DNA of 64,000 nt from Trichinella spiralis. Lineage: Eukaryota. The stretch is from the NCBI RefSeq assembly GCF_000181795.1, contig NW_003526940.1:1027527-1091526 (forward strand), read 5' to 3'. The notes beneath the pieces are model-generated. The model worked only from the letters and a program-made list of their open reading frames with translations, did no database searches and was not told the origin of the DNA. Each line of letters opens with the position of its first letter. The stretch's first letter is position 1. Shown one piece after another: positions 11,778 through 24,129 of this stretch. The position numbers and the translations under genes were made by a program.

Positions 11778-14700
11778 CCATAATAACACGATTTTAATAA
11801 ACAGTGATGATTAATGAATAAATATAAAAGGTGATGCTATACGATAATGGCATAACACACGCTCATGATCAGCATAAATGATTACATAAATCAGATCACA
11901 TTGAATCATCATCAGTGCAATTGCAAGCTGCAAATAAAAAACATAAATAAAAAGAGAATCAAAAATGAAATGTGATATCTTTCTTTGTATAATTCATAAA
12001 ACATAATAAGAACACAAACTGATGATATATATATTTACATGTGAAACTTATAATTGATTGCATATCAAATTTTTAAAATAAATAACAACAAAAAGGCACT
12101 GCCAACTGTCAAACATTCATTTTCACACAATGCCATTAGCAAACTTTGTTTGTGCAAACGGATACGGCAATTATTATTGCAATAATGCCAATCAGAACAA
12201 TCACAGCTACGAAGATGCAAACTTTCTTCTGCAACAAAGCACAACATTTTTTCAAATGCTAACACTTGAAGAAATAAAAAAAGATTTTTGAAACCAATTT
12301 TGTTTTTCATGCAAAACAACACCACCCATCATAATAAATTCAACGTTCACATATCCTGAACAACCTAAACATGCTAGCTATCCATTTTTATATGTTAAAA
12401 ATCACACCGAATTAACAAAAAAAAGAAAAAAATCAGATCAGAGAAATAAATTTAAAAAAAAGTGGAAGATGTTGCCAGAAAAATGACAAAACGTGCAAAC
12501 GCACCCGTCTGGCTTTCGATTGATACTGAACCGCCTTTTTCGTATCCGAAACAGCTCGATCGACATAATCTTTGGCATGTTCGACATTGTATTCTATCCT
12601 GTCGATCATTTCACCCTGAAATTTCACATCCGCATGCAAAGAAAGCACCAATAAAATAGTGAGTAAAACAAGAAGAAAAAAAATATTTTCACTTGGGATT
12701 CCACAAGCATCGCCATATCCATAAACATGTCGTGCAATTCACGAATGCTGCTTTCCAACTTGATGATGTCGTTGTGGCGGGCTTCGATGTCGGCTAAGGT
12801 CTGTTTCGCCTGTTGGGTATCGGTGATGATCTGCAATGGATGGAACCGGTGAAAGGTTGATTTTATCAAAACGGTGCCGAAGATGAATGAATGAGGTTGA
12901 TGGAAAAAAAAATTTTTTTTTACCCCCTGAGTAAAAATCGCCGGATTTCCACTTTCTATCATCTCTTCCAACTGTTCACTGTCCACTTGTTTTCCAGCTG
13001 AAAGAGCAACAAATTTGTCCACATTAATTATAATTTTAGGACCGAAAAAATACATTAATCCATTCCATCTCACCAATATCCAGTTGACGTTGAATTCGAC
13101 CTTTGCACCGTTCTCTGTAATCTGTCTGTGTTTTGTTGTAGTCGGTCATCACTTCGACAAATTTTCGAGATAAAGTCGAATGCTATGAAATGTACAGAAA
13201 GAACAACATTGAATTTAAGGAAAGAAATAAACAACAACAACAAATAAAGATACTTGTGTTTTTCGAATCCGAAGATCGGCTGTTGATCCTTCGGTTGATT
13301 CATCTTGTTCCAATTGTTGTTCAATCACTAGAATGGAAAGCAAAACCGAAAAAAAAATTATCACTTCAAAATACAAACAATAATTTCAAAATCGGCATTT
13401 TGTGCATATATTTCAGAAAATGAAAAAATAATTTCTGACAATAAAAAACATTCAACTTGAAACGTGTAAAACCAATAATAACTGCCATCACAAACAAACC
13501 TTTTAACTTATTCCGAACTTTATTGGCAGTTTTCTTGATACTGGCCATAAGTTCTTCCAATTCATCTTTCGTTTCTACAATGAACAATAAGAAAATTAAT
13601 AAAATATATTTTTTTTTAATTCTATTTGACACACTTGGATCATTAACCGGATTGGATAATATGGCCGAATGCTTTTTCTTGACTTCTTCGACATTGTTCG
13701 CAATGAGATCGATACTACCTCTAATCTCTTCGACCTGCATTGAATCAAAAAATAACAACAATAAAAACTGTTGAAAATCAAATTTTCAATTCTTATTATG
13801 CAAATGTTTATTTCGTTCGTGCAGGTTAAAAATAATTTTCTTCATCTCCCCTGCATAATGAATCTATGTTGAAATTCCCTTTCCAAAATATTCGCAATTC
13901 AAAATTTGGCTTTTAATTGCCTTAAAAAATGAATGTTGAACGCACACAGTAAAAAATGCCCCACGGTTGGCAGCACAATTTATTTTTTTTTAATTTTTCT
14001 TTTTCAATTCAAATCCACTCCAACAATGCCTCGCTCAACGTTAAAAAGTAAAAAATGAAATCAAAAAGCTACCCAATTTCCCCGTTAGAATGGGGTTCAC
14101 AATCCGCAAAATATACTGTCCTTGGACCTTATTAGCATTGAATATTTTGATCAAATCTCAAAAAGTGAAGAAAAAATAATAATAATTCATCATCACCACT
14201 TCAAACTGCGCAATTTAAACACGACAAATCAATCGATCGATGACGCGCATTCTTGAAAGCTGTTCCGTTAGCTGAAAAGAGCGCGTTTCATTGCTGCCAA
14301 GTCATTTGTCGATTTTTGTCACACGTCCAGTCGTTCAAGCAACTACATTTTTCTCGCCCACTTCAATTATTATTCTTTTTAAACAAATTTCAAATCAATC
14401 AACCATATGCAAAAAAATAAAAACAAAAATATACATATATCACTGCTTCAAGTTGAAAAACTCACTGCTCGTTCGATGGTTATTGAAATATTAAAAAATA
14501 CACATCATTTCTGCATTAATAAATAATAAAAAGTTGCTTGTTTTCTCTTATCTTCGCAAATAATAATAATCAATTTTCTTAAACGAACTATTCACCATAA
14601 ACTGATGACGCATTTTTCAATGCTTCATTGTCATCATTTGATGCTTGATTTTATAGGCTTTTCATCAGCTGTTCAACCAAAAATACAAATGTAGATATTC

Positions 14701-17465
14701 GAATCAAAAGTACAAAAATATCACTCACTAACATAAAATTCAAAACTCTTTTAAATTACTCTCCTGATAAACGAAAAACAAAATTATTATTTACCAACTG
14801 TTTTTTTATGTTTCATTTGCACCAGCTGTTCTGCAATTTTATGCGACCAAGCATAAACACATAAACGGAAAAACGTCACGATAAAATTTTTTCCAATATT
14901 AATTTATGATAAATAAAGCACGTAGGCCACGCCTTTCCACTAGTCGATGCAAATATTCAAAGCAACTGCAAAAAAACACTTGCACATCTGTTCGGTGACA
15001 TATTTATCGATCGATGACGGTTAATTATGTTATTAAATGAATTTGTCAATAATAAGTAACCAAAAAAAATACACTGAAACGAAAAAAAATGCAACAAATC
15101 ATCAATATTAATTTTGTCAAATATTTGAATCAATCAAACAAACAAACAAACGGTCACTATCACTCTGTATATCGAGAAAGTAGAAACACTTTTTCAACGT
15201 GTCGAATTCATCAATGACAAAATTTCAATTTCACAACTTCATGAAAATCAAATTAAAATATTCCACAGTGTACGTTCTCTACTTCCAACAAACCAAATGA
15301 AAAGTTGAAGCCATAAAAATTATAAGCAGAAAAAAAACAAATCAAAATGAATGCGATGCTGTCAGTTCTTATTTCGCTCATGGAAAATTCCTAATATCAA
15401 TTGTAACGTAACAAGAATTCAAATATCGGATATTGATGATGAATACGAAAAAAATACTGAGCATTAATCAACAGCACAAAATCATGTTCAGAGAGAAAAT
15501 ATTCATTCATATGCCATTTGATTTTCCACAACATTCTAAAACACAAGAGTGATTCCGTAAATTTCACTAATATTCCGCGGCCAGATGTCAAGGTCTTCTT
15601 CAGTCAACCTTATAGTTTAAAACAGTTTTTCATGTGAGCACATATTTTCTTCTTCAATATATTCAGTGTCACTGAACCACTGACGGGAGGTGCCAAATAC
15701 AACAATGAAAAATATATCTCGTTATATTTTTAATCAATAAAACAATTTTCAAAGTCCGCTTGGATGGAGAGAATGAGAATTAAATGCATTTTTCAATCAC
15801 CGAACCAATTTCATTCAACTGTGCAAAATACGAACAAATTGCACGCAGTATACATACATATATATATCGTAATCATTTGAAAAGGTATGCTGCAAATAAA
15901 ATAAAAAACAAATTGGCCTTGAAAAAAATTGTTGACAATTCCCTGAGGTGAACAATTGAAATCAATGATCCAATGCCTAGAGGTCTCCAAGAAAGCTCCA
16001 GTCAATACTGAGGGGATTAACGATCAAGAGTGGTCCAAGAGCTAACAGAGATACAAACACACTGAATTGCTAATAATTGCAAAGGCGAACGATCAATGAT
16101 GTTCAGCCGTGACAAGTCAACGCATCTGTTAACTTTGATTTTTGACTACTGTTGTACAATAATACCAACATTCAATTCGTTCAGTGTTTCATTTGTGTAG
16201 CTTTCACGAAGAAAATAACAACGACGACGACAACAACAATAATTATTATTATAATAAAATCAATTTTTTATCATTTCAACGCATCGATAGAGAGTATGAT
16301 AAATTTAAAAATTTCCGTACGAGTCATCTGGGCAAAGAAGCATTATTATTAACCCGACATTGACCAATATGTCGCGTGCTTAATCACTATCAAGAAAAAA
16401 TATTAATTATTCACAAATGCAAATCTTCGACGATTCACTTTCAAGAAAACTCCTCAAAAATGTTACAGTGCGTAAAAACAGTATTAAAACATTTCAAATG
16501 AACAAATCGACTACAAAAAGTGTATCGTATATTATTTCTCTGAACACGTTCACCAGATGTATATCAATAATAATTTAAAATGAAATCGATCCCTTCTGCT
16601 ATTTGAAATCAATCTTGTCAGTGACGCAATTTAAACGCAGAAGCTGTGAGAAGGCAGACCGCTTATAGACTAAATAAAGTCTTTGTCAATGAGAAATAGG
16701 AAGCTAAGCAAAATTATCGGTCAGTCGCCAAGTGATTTACTTTCACACTACATCAGAATGATCACATCAAAGACGATCAATTTACCACCTCTGGCAACAA
16801 TTCTCATATTGTCTGAAAGTGACGGGGCGCAAACAGCAATACCATTGCAAAACTTGTTCAAAAGCATAAAACGCTCTTTGCGTAAACATAATTGCCATTC
16901 TAATGACAATTTAAACAATTAAATGTGATAAAAGTTTCAATGCAAACATCATTCATTCATTAAAATTAAAACAACTATAATTATTATTTGATTGTTTTTA
17001 AATCTTTTCCAGTGAATTACTACAATACAGTAACCAAAGCACACAAGTTATATATATATGTACAGCGTATATACAAGCAATCAACAAAAACGCGTTGACT
17101 AATTACAAACACACTGATTCACCAATAAAACAAATATTATTTTAATTTAAACTGAACAAAATTTAAACGATGTGATCAATAATGAAACAGATTTTAGCAA
17201 TTTCACAAAAAAATAACACTAAAATTCATACCTGCTCAAAAAACTCTTCCATAAATCTATTTCCATCCACATCCACAGTGACATCGCATGAATCATCTTC
17301 GCCACTGCGCGCCTAAAAATTTTATTCTTCTAATCATACCCATTGGTTTACAAAACATAGTTCAAATGAAATGAACATTTCAAATGAAATAATATTATTA
17401 AAATGAAATGTCAAAACAAATTATGAACTTACCGCTTTCAGCGCCTGAAGTCTGTCTCGAGTCAT
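11521..17465 (-). CDS. unc-64: Syntaxin-1 (neuronal Qa-SNARE), distal TM isoform
   Basis: Exons 17433-17465 ([11 protein letters not shown]), 17232-17312, 13635-13734, 13500-13574, 13254-13327, 13074-13182, 12924-12997, 12693-12830, 12505-12615, then 11521-11601 ([26 protein letters not shown]). Habc and SNARE motifs present ([34 protein letters not shown]). Confidence 0.96.
11729..11778. repeat. (CAA)n tract, read as (GUU)n on the syntaxin pre-mRNA
   Basis: Tandem CAA run lying between the two syntaxin terminal exons. Confidence 0.95.
12136..12228 (-). CDS. unc-64: Alternative proximal last exon of syntaxin-1 (second TM anchor)
   Basis: TTGTTGCAG acceptor, phase 0, encoding [30 protein letters not shown]. 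Joins in frame to QSKARR. Confidence 0.85.
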   Translation of the reverse strand, partial: KKVCIFVAVIVLIGIIAIIIAVSVCTNKVC

Positions 17466-17847
17466 AAGCTAATTTTCTCTATAATAAATAATACTTAAAA
17501 TACTCATCTCTTCGAAATTTCAAAGGAGTTACAGCTAGCCAAACAAATTTTACCGATGATGACTAAACTTATGCTTCTTATTACTGTAACTTATTTGTGC
17601 ATTCAGGTTCATCGACTTTATAAAAGATTTATTGAAAAATAAAACCTGCTACACTAAAACATCAGACGGAAAGTAATATTTAATTTTAAAGAAAATTATA
17701 AATTTTAATTTGGAAATTTTCATAATTGTCATTTCACCTTTTCCAGAGAAACAACTGCAACGTTCAGTAAAATAACTGAATTAAAAATCTGCAACTCTAA
17801 TATTTTTTCTAATAACGTAAAATGTAACGATTGAAAGTTTCTTATTA

Positions 17848-18648
17848 TTATGCCATTACAGTTTCCATGAAATAATTTAAATAACGACGAATTGCTTCTT
17901 TCATATCATCGGGTTGTATTTTGTCTGTATTTTCAAATTGTCCACTTGCAACATTTGTTTCGCGTACTTCCAAAGCAATATCCATTATTGCTGCAACAAT
18001 TTCAAAAGCAAAAATACTCACTGCTTCCATTTCAGCCCGTGAAAGTGTTTTCCAAAATGAATTGAAACCAATATGACGAAGCCACTTGCCAAATAGCCAA
18101 CTGTCCTTGTGCTTAATGGGTAAAAAGGACTTTGTTCTTGCATAAGAAAATTCGTCATATTCAGTAGTGGTAAAATTTTCAGTTCGTTTTGCCGCCTTAA
18201 TCTCCCTTCGAATTGCCTTGCCTTTTTGCAGAACTTCTTCAACGTAGTCATCCTCGTAACCGGGCGCCAACCACTGGGCTATTTTATGGCTCCAACCTGA
18301 TACTTTATTTTTGTGAGACGTATTGAGAATAACTGGGATATCATCGTCATCCATTAAATCGAGGCACTTTTGCAACTGTACGGTTTGTTTTCGAACACTT
18401 ATGCAGTAAATTAAACGATTCATCAATGGCACTTGTTTTCGACAGGCAAACAGAAAGTGTTCAAGACGTACCGTTTTAGAATTGAACTTCGACGCTAATC
18501 GTTTTGCCCGATCCATGCATTCTACAGTCAAAATATTTAAAGCACTCAACAGTAAATGACAACTGTCTCTATTCGGTTCTGCCGCATCTCCAAGCGCAAA
18601 CATAATTTTTGCAATTTTATCAGCCATTTGTCCCGTTACGTTTTTCAT
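17848..18648 (-). CDS. SUPT3H: SAGA subunit Spt3-like (two histone folds), intronless CDS
   Basis: IMFALGDAAEP (Spt3/TAF13 N-terminal fold), RTENFTTTEYDEFSYARTKSF (Spt3 middle motif), FAFEIVAAIMDIALEVR and IQPDDMKEAIRR (C-terminal fold). Confidence 0.85.
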   Translation of the reverse strand: MKNVTGQMADKIAKIMFALGDAAEPNRDSCHLLLSALNILTVECMDRAKRLASKFNSKTVRLEHFLFACRKQVPLMNRLIYCISVRKQTVQLQKCLDLMDDDDIPVILNTSHKNKVSGWSHKIAQWLAPGYEDDYVEEVLQKGKAIRREIKAAKRTENFTTTEYDEFSYARTKSFLPIKHKDSWLFGKWLRHIGFNSFWKTLSRAEMEAVSIFAFEIVAAIMDIALEVRETNVASGQFENTDKIQPDDMKEAIRRYLNYFMETVMA

Positions 18649-19216
18649 TGATTCCCTTCGATTTCATTCAAATTCTCCATCAACAAGTATTATCCTAACA
18701 AAATAAAAATTATAAATTTATGCATTGATATCGAAGAAAAAATCACACTGAAAACAAAAAGGATACTTTATTCGTTTAAAGCCAATACAAATTATACAAA
18801 GGTATATATATATATATGCATAATGAAATGTGGATATGCCAATTCGACACTTAGTAGTAGAATAATACTTTCTTACATTTGAAAATATAATTACAATTTC
18901 AAAACAAAATTTCTATCAATGCTTATACAAAATTTGATTTAAAATTTCTATGAAAGTGATTACTGTAATAAATTAGAACAAGTAGGTTATTTAAAATACG
19001 TTTAGTTTACAGTGATAGCATTCATTATTCATATTCATTCAGTTTTCAGTCTTAAAAGATTAAGAGTTATAATAAAGATTTATTTAAATTAAAAAAGTGC
19101 GAAATCTGTTCAAGCATAAAAATAATTAAATTATATAATGTACGAAACCGTTCTGCTTCCGATGATTAGGTAAAGGAGTCCTATCAATTCTTTACTGTCA
19201 ATTTTAAACTTCTAAA

Positions 19217-19524
19217 CAGTGGTTCACTAAGTTTTAATTGGCCATGGACCCCCTCAGTAACTTTCATGTTTCCGTGGACCCTTTACAGTTCATTTGATGT
19301 GCTGGAAAAAGGAGGGAGTACGGTAAGGGGACTTGGAATCAGTGTAGTTGTTGTATTGGATAGAATGAACTAAATGTGTAAATGAAGCATCAACATGTCG
19401 CGTTATGTCAGACAGTTCTTAGCCATTTCAATTTAAATTAAATAAAATGAAAGAGTGGACATTTGAAAATGTCTCCGTGGCTCCCCAGCAATGCCTCTAT
19501 GGACCCCATTTTGAGAACAACTTG
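19217..19524. mobile_element. Degenerate hAT MITE
   Basis: Termini CAGTGGTTCACTAA ... TTGAGAACAACTTG, with four subterminal CCRTGGACCC-like repeats. Target duplication is degenerate. Confidence 0.6.
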
Positions 19525-19948
19525 GTTTAAATCAATATGAAAATAGAATACAAGTTTGAATGAATTGAACATTATAATAGAATATGATACTGAGATTTTA
19601 TCAAAAAATTAAAAATACCAAGCAAATAATTTTTGTCATATCTGCATTTTGGAACTTCTTCCTCTAAAATTGAGTTAAGATTTTTACTGACCATATTCTT
19701 TGATTTGTTCAGAGAGCTTTTAGATTGTTAGGTTCATATTGAATTTCATGTAAATAGGATGCTGTACTATTTAATGAAATTTCTCCTCAATTGCAGCATT
19801 TCCTTTCTTATTGGTTTCAAATTTTTGTTGGCTTTATTTTTCATCGGTTTAAAGTTGTTTTAACATGATTCGATCTAATGTAAATGTTTTTTGTCGGTCT
19901 CCATGAGTCAGGATTCCATTAGCAGCTATCAGTATATTAATTGTTTAT

Positions 19949-20230
19949 TACAGTGGAACTCCGATTATCCGATCACTGATTATCTGAACACATTTGGGCC
20001 TGGTGGTTAAAATGCATTGTTTATGATATTAAATTCAACCAGAATTTAATTAATACTGTAACATTCTGTTGTTTGTTAATTTTTATGTTCGGTATGTGTA
20101 CTACTACTACTAGAAAGAGAAAGGTTTTGAATTTGGAGCAAAAACTAAGTAAAAGAAAGTAAACGCTTTAATTCATGTAAGGAAAGAGTATTTATTATAT
20201 GGTAAAAAACTGTACGCAATCAATTAGTTT
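19949..20230 (+). mobile_element. pogo/Tigger (Tc1-mariner superfamily) 5' remnant
   Basis: TA followed by the TIR-like CAGTGGAACTCCGATTATCCGA. ATG at 20094 gives MCTTTTRKRKVLNLEQKL, the CENP-B/Tigger HTH start, before stops. Confidence 0.65.
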
Positions 20231-20710
20231 GAGTGATTGAAGGAATGCGAAATTCACATCAGTGCAACTGTGCTATTTATATTTTTCAACTATAGAAAAC
20301 AAGAAAGTAACATATGAGTTGCTGTGATGATATTATTGTTTTCTGTTACATGTTGATATACATTATAAGAAGTTCGAAATATTATGCAAAGCGAATTTAC
20401 ATATTTATGCAAAAAATTCAGCTGAAAAAATGTTTTCATGAATTAACAAATTCTTTTTCTGTTTGCAACAATGTTTACGATCAGTTTATCGAAGTTTCAA
20501 TTTAGCCCCAAGTTTTAGCCATTAGCCATTTTAGTGCTATTGTATTTCTTTTTCTGTTAGTAATATGTTTTTTCTTCAGCAAGAATTTACTACAAACTTT
20601 GTAAACGCAATTTATTTAAGGGATATAATACTGGGTATTCAAATTTTGTTTCTTTATTAAAGTATATAAAGAAAATTATTCACACTTCGCGTGTTTACAA
20701 CAGTTTAATT

Positions 20711-22484
20711 TTAAACGGCAACAGCAATGCTAGGGGGACTAGAAATATTCTTTGACGAAGTTGGTGCAGCAGAAACTTTACTAACAGAATGAAAAAGTGA
20801 ATTGTATAAATTATTAAGCCATTTTTTGGAGTTGTTACAAATTTCTTTAATGTGATCCATTACAGCAATAACTTGATTTGTGTAGATAACTGTGTTTACA
20901 GTAGTGATAAAGGGGTAAATAGTCCAAAAGTACATTATCACATTTGAAGTATATAATAAATTTTCAACGGCAATACAAGATGTCAAATAGCATGAATGCA
21001 ATAACTGACTACTGGTGGTTATTTTCATTCTTTTTAGTATTGCTTTTTGCCTGATGGATTGTATTTCTCGAATGACATCTGAGCTGGAAAATTTACTACG
21101 AATTATTAATACAGCTGAAATGCCAAATAAAACTGAGAGGCTGTTTAAAAGTGCTACTGCAATACCGTCACTTAAAATTATTTTATAAGGATATATTTCA
21201 TTATAGAAACATGTGCTTGATATTTGGCTTTGAGCACCGTCGCCTTGTATGCTGTAATACGTAGTAATTCCAGTTAAACATATGTTCAACAGACAAATGC
21301 CACATAGGAGACTTACAGTCTTTAATAAAGGCTTTTTTATGCTGCATTTTATGAAGCAGGCATTTTTTAACTGAACGACTGAAATGCAAAATATAATCAT
21401 TGGTGATTGTTTTGTAGAAATCGTTCCCAACACGTAATACGGTTTTAAAAGCAAACAGTTTTGTGATGTTGTGAAGTTTGCCCCATGCAGATTCAACGGA
21501 ACAACATTGAAGATTCCAGTGAAACAAAAACTTATTGCACTGACACAATTAGTTGCCACCAGAGCTAGAACAATTAATGCAAATATTTTTAATAAAATAG
21601 CTCTTTTATATTTCTTACATAATTTTTTAGAATAACCATCGAAATATCATGTTGTGACATTGAGCACTGTCATTTAACGTCATCCATAAAAAATATGTTC
21701 ATTAAATTTGGTAGACTGTGTAATCATTTTACTTTATTCGCTTAAGTTTAAGTTATGCACTTCCTTTTATACTGCTTTATAAACGGTTTTTTAATCATCA
21801 ACTTATAATAAGCTATAGACAGTTTAAGCAAGAAAATTATTGTTCTGCTTTAATTGTTGAAATATATAATAATATGCAATGTTCATACTGAAGACAATTT
21901 TTTGGCAGTGTGTAACAACACTGAGTTTATTATTTTTAACTGAATATTATCACTGAAGCGATTATATTGTGATAACTAAGTGGGAAAGAGATTTAGTTAT
22001 GCCAACTGCTGTCATATCTTATTAAGTGAAATTATTATTATTCATCATTTACAGACGTTAAAAAACATTTTTTTAACATTTCATAATAACAACATTAATA
22101 TTAACATATCCTGTTTAAGAATGTAATTTTTAGTACTGTATTACTATTGAAATTATTTGAGGTTTACCAAGTGCATTTTAAATGATGATTATATTCGTAA
22201 CTTATTCTGAAATTCAATTTATAAATTTCATATATAGTTTAAATAGCTTAGTAAAAGTAATTTGTTAATTGATGAATAAAAATTTTTTGGAATTTATTAT
22301 TAAAATAAAAATTATGCATTATTATAAACATTTGCAAATGATATTTACCTATGATCAAAATAACAATGACACTTTTTGTTTTCTTGTTCAGTAAAAAGTA
22401 AAGCATAATCAGTTGTACTATAGCTGATATTGCTCCGTTAAATATGAAAAGAATAGAAGCGATATTATTGCTGGTAGTGCTCAT
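20711..22484 (-). CDS. 7TM serpentine/GPCR-like receptor (about 330 aa)
   Basis: Exon 1 at 22349-22484 (TM1, phase-1 GTAAAT donor) splices to exon 2 at 20711-21564 (TTCTAG acceptor). Seven hydrophobic segments, Cys in extracellular loops, a basic loop before TM6 (QKAILKRMK) and a TM7 NTVIY motif. Confidence 0.75.
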
Positions 22485-23849
22485 TTTACTTTTAAATAAA
22501 TGACAAAATTATGAAAGTTAATAACAAAGACTTGTTTGCGTGACTTTGCAATGTATAAAATGATTATTATTTACGTTAATATAAAACGAAATCTATTTTT
22601 AATAATTTCATCAGGAAATATTTTCATTGCTGTTTGCTAATCATCATTATTATAATATTAAAATAAGTGATTTAAATTTCCATTTTCCGTGTAAACTTAA
22701 AGTAACCTTTTAGTTTTTAATTGAAAATGAATATTGATTATGCATGGATCATTCATAAATAAGCATTTAACACTTCCATACATTAACTGATGCTCAGTAA
22801 AATTCAACCTATAGAACTGCTCCTTGTAATGTAATGCACACTGAAGAAAGATTGGTTATACAATAAATGATTTTCAGCCTTGATTGACAGTTTATTTTCT
22901 ATCAAAGCATTGGGATGCCTGAAAACAAAATTTCATAATGTTTACTTCATTATTAACATTAAATATTTTTTCTCTTATTTATTTATTTTGAGTAGCAGCC
23001 TTTGCTATTTATTCAAATTATCTTTCATATAAAAGATGAATAGAATTGAAAACAAGGAATGTCTGTGTTATTGAGGTGGTTGAAGTACTATTATTACCAG
23101 CTGTGCAGAATGTCATGGTAAAAAATGTTAGCTGAATGTAAATGAATACCTTAATATAATCTTATTTAAAATATTTCAAAAGTCAACATTAATTTCATTA
23201 AAATGTAATAATAAAATTAAATGCCACTTACCATGTACGCAACATTTTTTCAATTAAAAGTGATGACAGTACGACAGTAAGCACAGTTATGAGCATATTT
23301 CTCAAGGATAAAATAATGGCTGCTAATCTAGATTTGAATTGCTATCAAAGAGAGAAACCATAGCTCAAAAAATAATAATTCTATAAGCTTTGAAACAAAT
23401 AAGCTGCATCAAATGCATGCATTTGGCATTCACTTGATAATATTGCTTTTTTGTTTATAATAAACGCTACAGTTAATTTTTAAAAATTCTTTAACCAAGC
23501 AAAACGTTTTTGGAATCTATAACAAAATATACTGCATGTATTTTTGTGTACATGCATGTGTATAAATAATTGATGAATATAAAATTCCATTTTTATTAAT
23601 ATTCTGCTATTTTGTATTTAAACATTAATAATGTAATTATCAGTTCCATACTATCATAGTAAACCACCGCTGAAATTATAAATTTAAATTTTTACACAAA
23701 TATGCAACAAAGTTTTACACAAATATATATTATTTACCCAATAGCCATGCACTTAGCTTACTAAAGGCTGTCGCAGTTATAAATTTGCTAAGTTATTTGA
23801 TGCTTTCGTGAGCATTAAATACTATTTTAAACAATGTTTTTTTTCCTTC

Positions 23850-24110
23850 AGGGTAGTTTTTGCGTCTCCGGGTGTTCCTCAACTACCAAACCGTCAACGG
23901 CGTTTCGTGTCTAATATACACATCAACTTCACCATATGCATCTGTGTGGATCACTTCATACAATGTATCTTCATCATTATGTTCTTCAACCGTTATATTT
24001 CCATCTTCATAAGGTGGTAACTGGCAGATTTCAACGTTTGCTTGTTGTTATAATGGGAGTGACCTGATGTAGTTCAATGCATTTTCCAGTGTTAGAAATC
24101 TCTGCGACAT
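23850..24110 (-). mobile_element. piggyBac-like transposase N-terminal remnant
   Basis: 24110 to about 23912 reads MSQRFLTLENALNYIRSLPL*QQANVEICQLPPYEDGNITVEEHNDEDTLYEVIHTDAYGEVDVYI. This resembles the LPP..D..TDEE..DED..GEVEV N-terminus of PGBD-type transposases. One internal stop. Confidence 0.55.
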
Positions 24111-24129
24111 ATCAGACCGTTCTCAATTC

